The notes below the pieces were generated by a model, which saw only the letters and a list, made by a program, of their open reading frames with translations, was not told the origin of the DNA and did not search any database. This document shows, in pieces, positions 1-13,683 of a DNA stretch of 64,000 bases. The stretch comes from Azolla caroliniana (lineage: Eukaryota > Plantae > Polypodiophyta): assembly GCA_043228905.1 (NCBI GenBank), contig JBHGNT010000006.1, positions 2,542,001 through 2,606,000 on the forward strand. The letters run 5' to 3'. A program made the position numbers and the translations under genes. Each line of letters starts with the position of its first letter. The stretch's first letter is position 1.

Positions 1-253
1 GCATGTGGTAGCATTAGAGCTACATTAGCAGGAAATGAAATTCACAAGGATAATGTACAAAAAGTTGTTGAAATATTTATTTCATTGGCAATACATTAGT
101 AGATATGTATGCGAAATGTGGGTCACTTGCCGAGGCACAGGTAGTATTTCATAGGCTTTCAGTCTAGGAACAAGTCTCTTGGAATGCATGATTGCAAGAT
201 ATGCTGAGAATGGGAAATTTGAGGAAATGCTCAATCAATTTCATCAAACGAAG
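1..253 (+). pseudogene. PLS-class PPR gene fragment (degenerate, runs off the left edge)
   Basis: Reads ACGSIRA...GNEIH / FIGNTLVDMYAKCGSLAEAQVVFHRLSV*EQVSWNA / IARYAENGKFEEML. These are typical PPR motifs with an in-frame TAG and frameshifts. Confidence 0.8.
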
Positions 254-2194
254 GATCCATGGCTAGCCATCGTCTTACACAAGATTGGCTCGGGAAGGAT
301 AGTCAATTCCTTTCCAACTATTTTGTATTTTGTCGTTGATATGCCTTTTTAAAACTAATGGAAGGATACATTAGAATAAATAAATAATGCATGATGCAAA
401 AATCAATATTGTGTGCCACAAGAATGTTTGGTGACAATCCTTATGACATTCTCCGTTTGTTAGAGAGTTTTTTGGAGTAGAATTTAAGAATATTGTGTAA
501 ATGCCTTATATAATCTTTGTTGTTATGCTCCTAGAAATCTAAACCGATGATTGCATTTTGCAATATGATAAGAATTGAGGGCCTTGTATAATAAGGAATT
601 AGTGTTCTTATAACAAACAAATGTTGCCCTTAATTGGAGAGATGTTAAGGAAACAAAGAAAGAAAAGGAAAGGAAACAAGAGGGAGAATGAGAGCAACAA
701 AAAGAGCAATGCAAGTGAGTGTGGCTTGTTGGAATGGAATTTTGCCTTTCATCACGAAAAATAGCCCATATAGTGTTTCTCAGTTCATGACTCCTATAGG
801 TCATAAGTTGCTTGCTATGGGAGTTAAGGGCAAGCATGCATTCTAGTTTGAGGTCATATATTTTGATAAGTTATAATGAAGTTTTTTAGATGAACCGCGT
901 CACTTATTTATCATATATTTCCAATGCTAAAATATGATGCATTCAATATGTTTTATATGCATAATTGTTGGAGTAAAAGAAAACGATGCTTTGTCAAGCT
1001 TTGGAATCAAACTTTTAGAGAGAAAGTGAGGGAGAAATATAATTTACATTATTGTTACAACTACGTTTCTAGTTACAATTAATGTTATTGCATTACATTA
1101 CAAACGGTGGAGTTAGAAGGTAAGGAGTACAAGCTAAGGTTTCAAAGAGAGCGATATATGGGGTAGTTGCATTTTGATTCATAAGTCATTACGGTCGGTT
1201 TTTGGAATGCCCAAATGCAAGTGCCACTATATATCTCGGGGAAGGGGTGGGCCTTTTTGTCATCCTGCCACATGGCCTGGTTAAGTTCCTAGTAACTCGA
1301 AGAATTTGTATTTTTCTTGTTTGAATATCCATGTACCAATTTCAATCATTTGCGTATTTGTTCCTTTTTCTCCTTTGAAGGATAATTTTCTTGTACTCGC
1401 ACTATGTAAAGTTTAATGAAAAGAAAAGGAATTCTAATATTCTAGAGTTAATTCTAGGTACAATTAATGTTGGAAAGACTTTGTATTAGCTAGAAATATT
1501 TGTAAAAATAAAAATGCACTATTTTATTGTGCATAGTGTTTCTAAGGGAGGAATATTTGTAAGAATAAACGATGAATTATGATTAGTATGCATGTGCACA
1601 TGCATTTATGTCAAAATATAGCTTATCACTAATAACTATGGTAACATAGTGTACGGAATAATACAAATAGCTTTTATAATATAACGGAAGTAAATGGAGA
1701 AAGAGGGGATGCAATCATCCTCAAAAGACCAGTAGCATGTCGGTTCTCACGATGTATATAACACGAACTATGTATGGAACCTCACATAGATAAATCTTAC
1801 ATCACAGAGTTATACTCTCATAGATGGGGGGGGGGGAGGGGGGGGGGTAAGCATTGGAGGTAAGGAGCGTGTAGGTAGTTGTGTTTTCAAAACTCATATC
1901 AACGAACTTGTGGTGTGGCATGCACCATATGTTCTATGGACTTGTCAAATGTGAAGGCGATAGAACCATATGTTTTGTGGACTCGTCAAATGTGAAGGTG
2001 ATAGATTTTTGAGGGTGGGGGGAGATATTTGTCTCTTGTGGTATTAGAGCCAAACCTCAATGTTGAAATAGGGGGGGGGGGGGGGGGGGGGGCATAAATA
2101 TGGGACGAAATACATGGCGTGTGTGAAACGAGCTAGACTAATGAATTGCGATGGGCTGATTATTGAAGAATACGAGGTGAGGTGTTGGTTTACG

Positions 2195-2775
2195 CAAACG
2201 TAATAAAAATATGGGGCGACATCAACTAGGCCAGGCTAAAAGTTGGCCCAAGTGTCCAATATCGACGGCTCATCGAATGTGAAATGAAGACGAGGAGAGA
2301 TATCATGTGTGTGTGTTCGTCTTAGGGTGGTTATGATGAGTGTGAAAGCGAGACCCAGAGAGAGAGAGAGACACAAACGTAATAAAAATATGGGGCGACA
2401 TCAACTGGGCTAGGCTAAAAGTTGGCCCAAGTGTCCAATATCGACGGCTCATCGAATGTGAAATGAAGACGAGGAGAGATATCGCGCGCGCCCGTGTGCA
2501 TGTGTGTTCTTCTTAGGGTGATTATGATGAGTGTGAAAGCGAGACCCAGAGAGAGAGAGAGAGACACACACACACACACACACAAACGTAATAAAAATAT
2601 GGGGCGACATCAACTGGGCCAAGCTAAAAGTTGGCCCAAGTGTCCAATATCGACGGCTCATTGAATGTGAAATGAAGACGAGGAGAGGAGAGAGATAGTG
2701 TGTGTGTGTGTTCTTAGGGTGGTTATGATGAGTGTGAAAGCGAGACCCAGAGAGAGAGAGAGAGAGAGAGAGAGA
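2195..2775. repeat. Three tandem copies of a ~180-210 bp unit with embedded (GT)/(GA)/(CA) microsatellites
   Basis: The unit start CAAACGTAATAAAAATATGGGGCGACATCAACT recurs at 2195, 2374 and 2583. Unit length varies with microsatellite length. Confidence 0.95.
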
Positions 2776-2875
2776 AATGGGGGGGGGGGGGGGGGGCTTG
2801 TTCAAAGACTGTGTGTTGGGGAGGGGGTAGTTGATTTGGTGTTTTGCATGAATATAGAAACATGGCAGGATAGGT

Positions 2876-2909
2876 GACACGTAGCAACCAGAGGCCTCCG
2901 CCACGTGTC
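2876..2909. promoter_or_regulatory. Paired ABRE/G-box elements
   Basis: GACACGTAG at 2876-2884 (ACGTGTC on the minus strand) and GCCACGTGTC at 2900-2909, about 200 bp upstream of the TATA box of a desiccation-related gene. Confidence 0.65.
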
Positions 2910-3109
2910 AGCTTAGATTCCCCTCCCCCCCCCCCCCCACACATCCAACCAGACTTAGTCTTTACCAGCCCAGAAATGTAATTTATGGGAACATGAGATA
3001 TAACAATAAATAGACATTCTTCTTCTTATTATTATTATCGTTATTATTATTAGTAGTAAATTATTGCGACTCTTTCTCTTTCTATTCATCAGGAAGCACA
3101 CCTATTGCC

Positions 3110-3148
3110 TATATAAATTGAAGGACCTGCCGATGGCATTTCCATGCA
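3110..3148 (+). promoter_or_regulatory. TATA box and RY-like element of the desiccation-related gene
   Basis: TATATAAA at 3110-3117 and CATGCA at 3143-3148. A probable 5'UTR intron follows (GTAAAA at 3257 to CAG at 3633). Confidence 0.55.
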
Positions 3149-3666
3149 CACTCAAAAGCAAACATAACTAACATTATTATCTCCTTCTCTTCTTCTTTTA
3201 TATATATAACTACTTATATAATACTCTCTCTCACCCTCTTATGTTTTATTTTTAAGGTAAAAAACCAATCTCTATTGTGTTTCAATATATAATTATTGTT
3301 CTAGTTAAATTTTTCTTCTTTTCTGATTTCTTTTTTTTTCCCATTTTATTTATTTATAGGTTAAGATCTATATGCTTCACATAATTGTTAAAAGGTCCTA
3401 TATTATATGTGTCCTTAAGTTATTACATATTATTTTAAACCTAGATATTTAATTTCTTTGCTTCTTCTTTTTCAATTCCTTTCCATCAATATTATGAAAC
3501 TTTGTCATTTAAATTCTACAGGTCCTTTCAAGCTTGTCGTTAATTTTACATGTAATAAATATCACATACATACTCTTCCTCTCCAGATTTTAGAATGCTT
3601 ATGAAACAATGCGATGTGGTGGCATGCATGCAGGTGTTTTTAAATCATTCCCCGGACAACAATAAC

Positions 3667-5637
3667 ATGGCTATGAGATCCATGAAGATGAAGATAAGCG
3701 TGTTGCATTTAATTCTGTTGCCTTTGATGAATTCTCTGCTAATATTGGGATCCCAATCGGCTGCGACCCCGGGAAATAAAGACTCCAATGGCTATAATTG
3801 TACGATTGCGCCACCCCCGGGTTCTTACCAACCTTCATTGATACCGACCAATGATGCACAAAATCTAGAAGTTGCCCTAAATTTGGAGTATCTTGAGGCG
3901 GAGCTCTTCCTTAATGCAGCCTATGGCATTGGTCTCGAAGGCTTCGATCCGTCCCTCATCGGAGGTGGCCCTCGTCCCATCGGAGCCCAAAAGGCCGACC
4001 TCGACCCTTTCATTCTCGACATCACCAAGCAATTGGCACTCCAAGAAGTTGGTCATATTAGGTACGACCCCCACACATATTCTTTGTAATGTTAGAGCTT
4101 GCTTTAGCTTATGCAATTAATTCGGTACGCCGAAATATTTCATCAGATTTAATATTATTTCTAGTTGATCTACACTTGGATCGTTCAATCATTATGTTGA
4201 CACTGATTTGATTTGAGTAGTTTGTGTTTTTATCATTAGATTTATATATGAAATGTATGGAATCGAGCGATTATTTTGTAACACTCTTAACTTATCAACG
4301 ATTGCATGTTACTTGATTTTTTGCAATTGTATGATACATGGGCTAATTCGGCATGTAGCATAACAATTTAGGATTGCATGTTACATTGGATAATTTGGCA
4401 AGCTATAATTTAGTATTGCATGTTTACATTGGATAATTTGGCATGCTAAGGGAAAACTTTACAGTTAGCATGCTACTCACAATTTGGTAGTATGTAGTTA
4501 TGCTACATGAACAAGGGCAAAATTAACAATATGTGTTGCTTTAACTCAATAATTGCATGATTTCATAGGGCCATCAAAGGAAGCATTCCGAATCCATTTC
4601 CTAGAGTGCAGCTAGACATCAGCGTGGACGTATTCTCTAGAGCGATGAATGCTGCATTGGGCCGCACGTTGTCACCACCGTTTAATCCTTACCTGAACTC
4701 TTTAAATTGGCTCCTTGCCATCTACTTGGTGCCCTATGTTGGACTTACTGGCTATGTCGGTGCGAACCCTAATCTCTCAAGCTCGACAGCGAAACGAGTA
4801 ACGCATTTCTTTTCCTCACAAATTCAATTCATATTAAGCTCTTCGATGGCGTCAATATATTAAATGCTGCAACCATCCAAGTATCGATCGTGTTAAATGC
4901 ATTGCAAATGATTCTGTGTTAAAATGCATTCATTGTGTGATACCATTTTAAATGTATTGACGATGATTCTTACGAAAAGTTGAATAATGCATCAGCTGGA
5001 AGTACCGCATTCATTAATTGTGTTCAATAATAAATTGTGTTTGATAATAAGTTGACATTTGATTAGCACTGTCATTTGCATGTCGGAAAATTTAAGAGTA
5101 TAGTGAATTGGCCACTCTTTTGCACTTAATTTCACACTATGAGGACCACATTTGGATGGATAGGTCTAAGAACAAGCATCTAGCTGTTGGTTTAATTCAA
5201 TTCTGAGGAATCAACCAAATTTGTCATCTAACCCTTGGATTTGACTTACCATTGGAATCCTGTCTCCACAGCTTGTGGCAGGATTGCTCGCAGTGGAGTC
5301 CGGACAAGATGCACAGATCAGGACCCTGCTTTACGAGCATAAGGATACAGAATTGTACGGCGTGACAGTCGGAGAGATCACGGACAAGCTGTCGAATCTA
5401 CGGAACACGCTGGGCCACTCTGGCATCGTGGACGAGGGGATCGTGGTGCCCGAGTGTCTGGGAGCGGAGGGGAGGATAACGGGCAACACGCTGGCGGGAG
5501 ATACATTCTCGGTGGGCTACGCGCGCACTCCCGAGCAAATCTTTAGCGTGGTCTATGGCACCGGCAGTGCTTCGAAACCCGGTGGCTTCTACCCCCGTGG
5601 TGCTGACGGTGCCGTTGCCAGGAGTTTCCTGAGCTGA
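3667..5637 (+). CDS. Desiccation-related protein PCC13-62-like (ferritin-like domain, signal peptide); exons 3667-4061, 4569-4797, 5272-5637
   Basis: Motifs ALNLEYLEAELFL, QEVGHIR|AIK, FNPYLNSLNWLLAIYLVPYVGLTGYVGANP, LVAGLLAVESGQDA, RTPEQIFSVVYGTG..PGGFYPRGADG. GT-AG introns 4062-4568 and 4798-5271 keep the frame. The N-terminus is hydrophobic. Start Met is uncertain (several in-frame ATGs). Confidence 0.92.
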
Positions 5638-6459
5638 AGACCATGACAGAGAGTAGTACTAAAAATTTCTCTGAAAATCTGTAGTGCCATAAATCATCAT
5701 TTTCTGCTTCTCTATCACAAGAGCTCCATAGCCAGGGGCTTCTTTTTGTTGGGAAGTACTATCATAAATATTTACCTGCATTCCCCTTTGTATTTACCAT
5801 ATCACGTTTTTTTTCACTCTTTTTTAGCCATGTTTCTAGTTTAATAAAAAGTTCCTTATAATAATACTTTGGGCAGTATTTTGTTGTACATACTTGATGA
5901 CGGGTATGGAACAAATCTAAATATGTACTTAGCTTCTCTTGTAATTAGTAATCAATTAATTAAAACCATGGTGTCAATGATTTTGATCAATTATAGAGGA
6001 TTTACCATTATTGCCTTAGTAGTAGTTAGTAGTGGAGGATTCAAAGTAGTTAGCTTCTCTGGTCAAGGGAATTGATGTTCCCATAAATACTTTGAATGAT
6101 AATTGACCGACCATGTGTCTACACAACGAGGCATTCAACCAATTATAGAGGATTTGCTATTATTACTTAGGAGTCGAGGATTCGAGGATTCAAAGTAGTT
6201 TAAATTGCATGACCTTCTAGGAGGGATTTCACGTTCCCATAAATACCTTGGATGATAATTGTCCAACCATGTGTCGACACAACTAGGCAATCCCATGAAT
6301 GCATGCTTTCTCGGCAATGCAATGTCAAGACATTAAATAGTATGGGACCATGTGCATAATAGAAAAAACACTTGAAATGTAAGAAATCTTCAAATATCTA
6401 GGCCTCGCCCTTCCTTTTTTTATCAAATCGTAGATGAAAGAGTGAATATTAGTACACCC

Positions 6460-7031
6460 TTGTTGGAGAACATATGCAATGGAGGAAAAAATTCTCAACG
6501 CATACAACCATACACTATGACAACAAATATCACTTTAACATAACACTTGTACAAAACTTAAAACATAAAACTTCAAAGTTAATAGACATCAAGATTGAAC
6601 TCTTGGGAAATAGCTGGCTCAAAGTTATCATGTTCATCGGAAACACATTTTATCAATTTAGATTTGAATCACTAACATCGACTAGCTCTTGAAGAATTAT
6701 GTGACCATGCATTAACTCAACATTGTGAAATGGCACACACACACATTGTTGGAGAACATATGCAATGGAGGAAAAAATTCTCAACGCATACAACCATACA
6801 CTATGACAACAAATATCACTTTAACATAACACTTGTACAAAACTTAAAACATAAAACTTCAAAGTTAATAGACATCAAGATTGAACTCTTGGGAAATAGC
6901 TGGCTCAAAGTTATCATGTTCATCGGAAACACATTTTATCAATTTAGATTTGAATCACTAACATCGACTAGCTCTTGAAGAATTATGTGACCATGCATTA
7001 ACTCAACATTGTGAAATGGCACACACACACA
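6460..7031. repeat. Essentially perfect 286-bp tandem duplication
   Basis: TTGTTGGAGAACATATGCAATGG...GAAATGGCACACACAC occurs at 6460 and 6746. The ORF track shows the same peptide twice. Confidence 0.95.
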
Positions 7032-7728
7032 TCTCCAAAATGTGACGTCACTTGATAAGAAAATGATAAGAAACGGCATTTCTAATTATAAGAAAATTAT
7101 GGGATTCCTATTTTTTAAAGATATTAAAAACATCATATCCCAACTTACTAAGTTTTTTTAGCATTGCTTGTTAAGGAGACTTGTTCTCCACCATCATTTG
7201 GGTTAAGGTGATTTATAAACATATTTTATAAAAGACACTATTGGTGTGCATGGTCGTAAACTAAATCTATCATGACTTGCAAGTGTCACTTTGAAGTCAC
7301 AAACCACAAGTTTTTACCACCACGTTATCATTCTTATACACTTCAAATTTTAAATTCAACACACTTAAAACAAATTTCTTTGGCATGGATGTTTAGTTTT
7401 TTTTTATGCATTGTATGAAGGCAATGAATGCTTCATATAATATTGCGATCGATATGTTTTATTATGAATAAAAAACTTGTTTTTTCTTGTACATTGTCAA
7501 TTCTTCTTCTTCTTCTTTCAATAAGTGTGAATTCTAACTTTAGTAATGTAGTTCTAAGATTTAATTAATTAAAATTCCATGCATTGTTGGTTTGCATCAA
7601 CACTAAAATAAGGATTGAATTTAAGGGTGAAACAATTCAAATATAAGGTTCAACCGAAGATTAAATTATATATGACCATTTGCATTGGTTCAACGTTTCT
7701 TGTCTGCATTAGATGGCTTGCACCATTA

Positions 7729-9850
7729 TTACTTAGAGTTCCATCCATGAAAACAATAGCTTTAGTTTATATTTTCCATAGCAATGGATTTAGGCGATAC
7801 CATTACATGCCTCAAGTTGGTATCTTGCTCATATTTAGAGAGTGATACTAAATAGTATAATATAAAATCATTAATTTCAAAATGTGAGGAAAAATCTACC
7901 ATCATGTATTTCCATTTGAAACTGAGGGATGTTGGGACACGGAGGATAAATGAGATGAATATAATCATCGTTAAGTGTAAACCAAAATCCTTCGGTCTAG
8001 TTTAGTCATAATGCAATCCTACCTCACATAGATATGTGTAACATTGACGTGACATAAACACTCAAATGTGGCATGAATATATGATACTTCAATTTTTGCA
8101 TCTAAATTTGTTGTAATTAGTACACGATGATAAACAAAGAAAACATATTTTGGGTGACCACACAATTTTGTTTTACCTCTAAATAGGGGTCTGGAGTTAG
8201 ATGAGGTCAGATTAGATATCCCAATATTCACACTCTTGATTCTTTTGTAAAATGGAACCCTGGAAATGGCAAAGAAAACACCTTTTTATGTGTGCATTAG
8301 AAGAGGAAGAGAAAACTTCATGTATTCTTCACACCAAATTGGACTGTGGAGATTTTAAACGCTCCTCTTTTTGACAATAACACCAAGCCCGAAAGAGGCA
8401 CACGGCACTCTTGTAACCCATTTTGTGAGGCAATAAAAACTTTTATTTGTGGTTGTCAAAATGTTGATAGAGAGATGTTAGCGAAAATAAAATATACTAT
8501 TAAGTTAGGTGTACCAATTGATGTCATATGAATCCCAATATTCTATCGAGAATTAAGGAGATGAAATGTTTCTTTATTAGGGACCCACATTTTCTAACTT
8601 CCAAAAGTCATGTAAGTGTCTCATCTATTTTCCTCTCTTACTAAGGTTTATGCTCATGATTTCATGTTGAAGAGGATTTACTAGGAGTGTATCTAAATGA
8701 TACAATTGCCCACTTTGAGTATACCTCTTGATGACTTATTTCCATTGTAACTTGATGGATCCTTACTGATAGATGGGAAATGTGCCATAAACTATTGTGT
8801 TTATCTTCCCCCGCTTCTATGGTTTTGAAAGACAAACAACCAATGCTTTCGTGATATTTTGTAAGAGTGTCGACCAAATTTGCTTTCAATTTGTGGGAGA
8901 TGCTCAATTTACACCACATGAAACTCCCATAAAAAAGTATAGACTTTACAAATACAAGGTCAAGAAATGGAATACTTGCATTTCCATCAATCTCATAAAT
9001 ATTTGACAATGAGTATGTTATCCCCCTTGATGGTTCGTCAATTGACCTGCAAGACACAATTTCCAACCTTTGAGTAGAATATGTAACATTGCTGGATTGG
9101 ACACATGTAAGACCATTCCCTCTCATATTTCTTGGGTGTAATTGTGCCCACATAATGAATCTACCTATTTTTATTTGCGTAAGGATGGATATATGTGGGC
9201 CATGTTCATGCAAGTTGAAGGAATCAACTATAGAGTGTAAAAATCAAAGGCGGTATTCTTAATGATGTCAAAGAGCATCCGAAGAAGGTAACTCCAAATG
9301 TTCTTGCTTCTAGAGATTTTCATGTTTGTTGCAAGCAAAACATCCCCTTGTGATAGTAAATGTCTTTAGACACGAATCTTTCACAACTTTCAATTTTGCC
9401 TAGTATATCTCGTCTTGAAATGTATAACTTTCCAAAGTGAGCACAATGTCCAGTGTTTAGAGTCTTATACACTCCTCCATTGCCCATCTAGGTTATGACG
9501 ATGATGGGGAACTCATTTTCAATATTTAAAAGGGTATATAATTTCTCCAACAATTGAGAAGTTGCATTTTGGTTGAATTGATTTTGCATTGTGAATATTC
9601 TTTAAAGTTTGTGTGCCACAAAACGTGCAATATTCCTTTATCTTAGGGCATGTTTGAGAATATCAATCCCACGGTAAGATCACAATCATAAAGGGCTTTT
9701 ATGGAACACTTTGTATCATTTCAAAGTGTGTCTCCTATTTTTTATACCAATTTGGGGTGAGGATCCTTGTAATCGAGTGGGCAAATACACAAGCGAGTAG
9801 AAGATGGTTTTCATAGCTCCAAGATTAAGCTTGGTTCTTAGGGTTGCTAG
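7729..9850 (-). mobile_element. Highly degenerate Penelope-like retroelement (RT, linker, Cys knuckle, GIY-YIG endonuclease remnants)
   Basis: Collinear minus-strand motifs across frames: PKL(H)KK ~9750, EKLYT ~9540, LDIVL..YTFQDEIY* ~9420, SIPFLDLVF ~8965, VYSKWAI ~8720, LENVG.LIKKHF ~8580, CGHPK ~8160, IHATFEC..IYVR* ~8040, DTNLR ~7820, HGWNSK* ending at 7729. Confidence 0.6.
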
Positions 9851-10884
9851 AAGCTAAATTTTAATGAACACTCTAACAAGGAACAAACAACCCAATTAAA
9901 TTAAACCCTAAAATGAAGGGTTAAATAGGATAAGGAGGGATAGGCTACATTGATGCGGTGCTCAAATAAGACAATTCTTTACTTCTTCTTCCACATGGCC
10001 CATTACCTTACCCTCTAACTTTCATATTTGTTTGAAGTAATTACTATGTATTGTAACCCTAAATCTTTGTATTCCAAATACCCTTCTTAATATTTAAAAT
10101 TCATCTCTCTACTTAACTATCCTATAGTTTTAACAATTTATATCCAAAGCACATCTCCTCCACCATATGGCCAACTAATGTGCATGTAGCATTATCCTAA
10201 TAGTTTTGGTGTTTCCTGCACATCTAAATTCGACTAATGTTTTATGTGCATGAGGAATATATAAGCTATTCATGCCATGATTATTTGCATGTTTTTTGTT
10301 TGGTACCAATGAGTAGAACCTTTAAACTTGTCTTATACAAAGAAAGAGGGTTTCTTATGGTAACAAATCTAAATCGAAAACTCTATCAATTCAAATGAAT
10401 TCCGAAAGCCAAAGGAGCCGATATTTGTTCTGCAGTTTGTGACCAAATATCTTGTGCCACACGATGAGGGTATATTTTGTCCATGCAAGATGTTCAATGA
10501 TAACATAGCCTTAGACTGTTCACAAATCTTTGCCCGTAACGAAGGAAAGAGAAGTTATAAGAATAATAAAGAGACGGAAAGCTCGAGAATGACCCTTTTC
10601 TTCATGTCTCTTGGATTGCGCAGGGGGAATTATGTGTGCTATTTGAGCAATTGTATCGGGTCCCTCAAACGTGATAAAGGCGTAGGGGCATTTTTTGTAG
10701 AATATGTATACATATATAGGAAACGTGGAGGGGTGTTTGCGGAATTAATAAATAACAAACGTGACAAAAAGACCAGAGCGAAAGCGTAGGGGTATGTTGT
10801 CGAAATGAAGGAAAATTGGAGAGGGGTATTTGGTGGAGTTAATAATAAAAGTTTGTTTGTTTTGTTTTTGCTCCTTCCATTCAT

Positions 10885-10913
10885 TATATAGTTTCTCTTC
10901 TTCGTTAGGGTTT
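10885..10913 (+). promoter_or_regulatory. TATA-like box and telo-box of RPL26, followed by a pyrimidine-rich 5'UTR
   Basis: TTATATA at 10885-10890 and TAGGGTTT (telo-box AAACCCTA on the minus strand) at 10906-10913. A (CTTCAT/CTT)n tract leads to the ATG. Telo-boxes are common in plant ribosomal-protein promoters. Confidence 0.6.
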
Positions 10914-11017
10914 TTCCTTTCCTTTCCGTCTTCTTCATCTTCATCTTCATCTTCTTCTTCGTCTTCGTCGTCGTCTGCTTGCTGCAGCAGACTGCATCTT
11001 CTCCGGCGCCCGTCGTC

Positions 11018-13683
<2,666 letters not shown>

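Noticed and set aside
523-870. 104-aa minus ORF with TYRSHELR resembling a LINE C-terminal motif
   Set aside because: A single short motif followed by low-complexity sequence is too weak to call.
2449-2944. Pro/Gly/Ser-Leu-rich minus-strand ORFs
   Set aside because: They are translations of microsatellites and homopolymers in the triplicated repeat.
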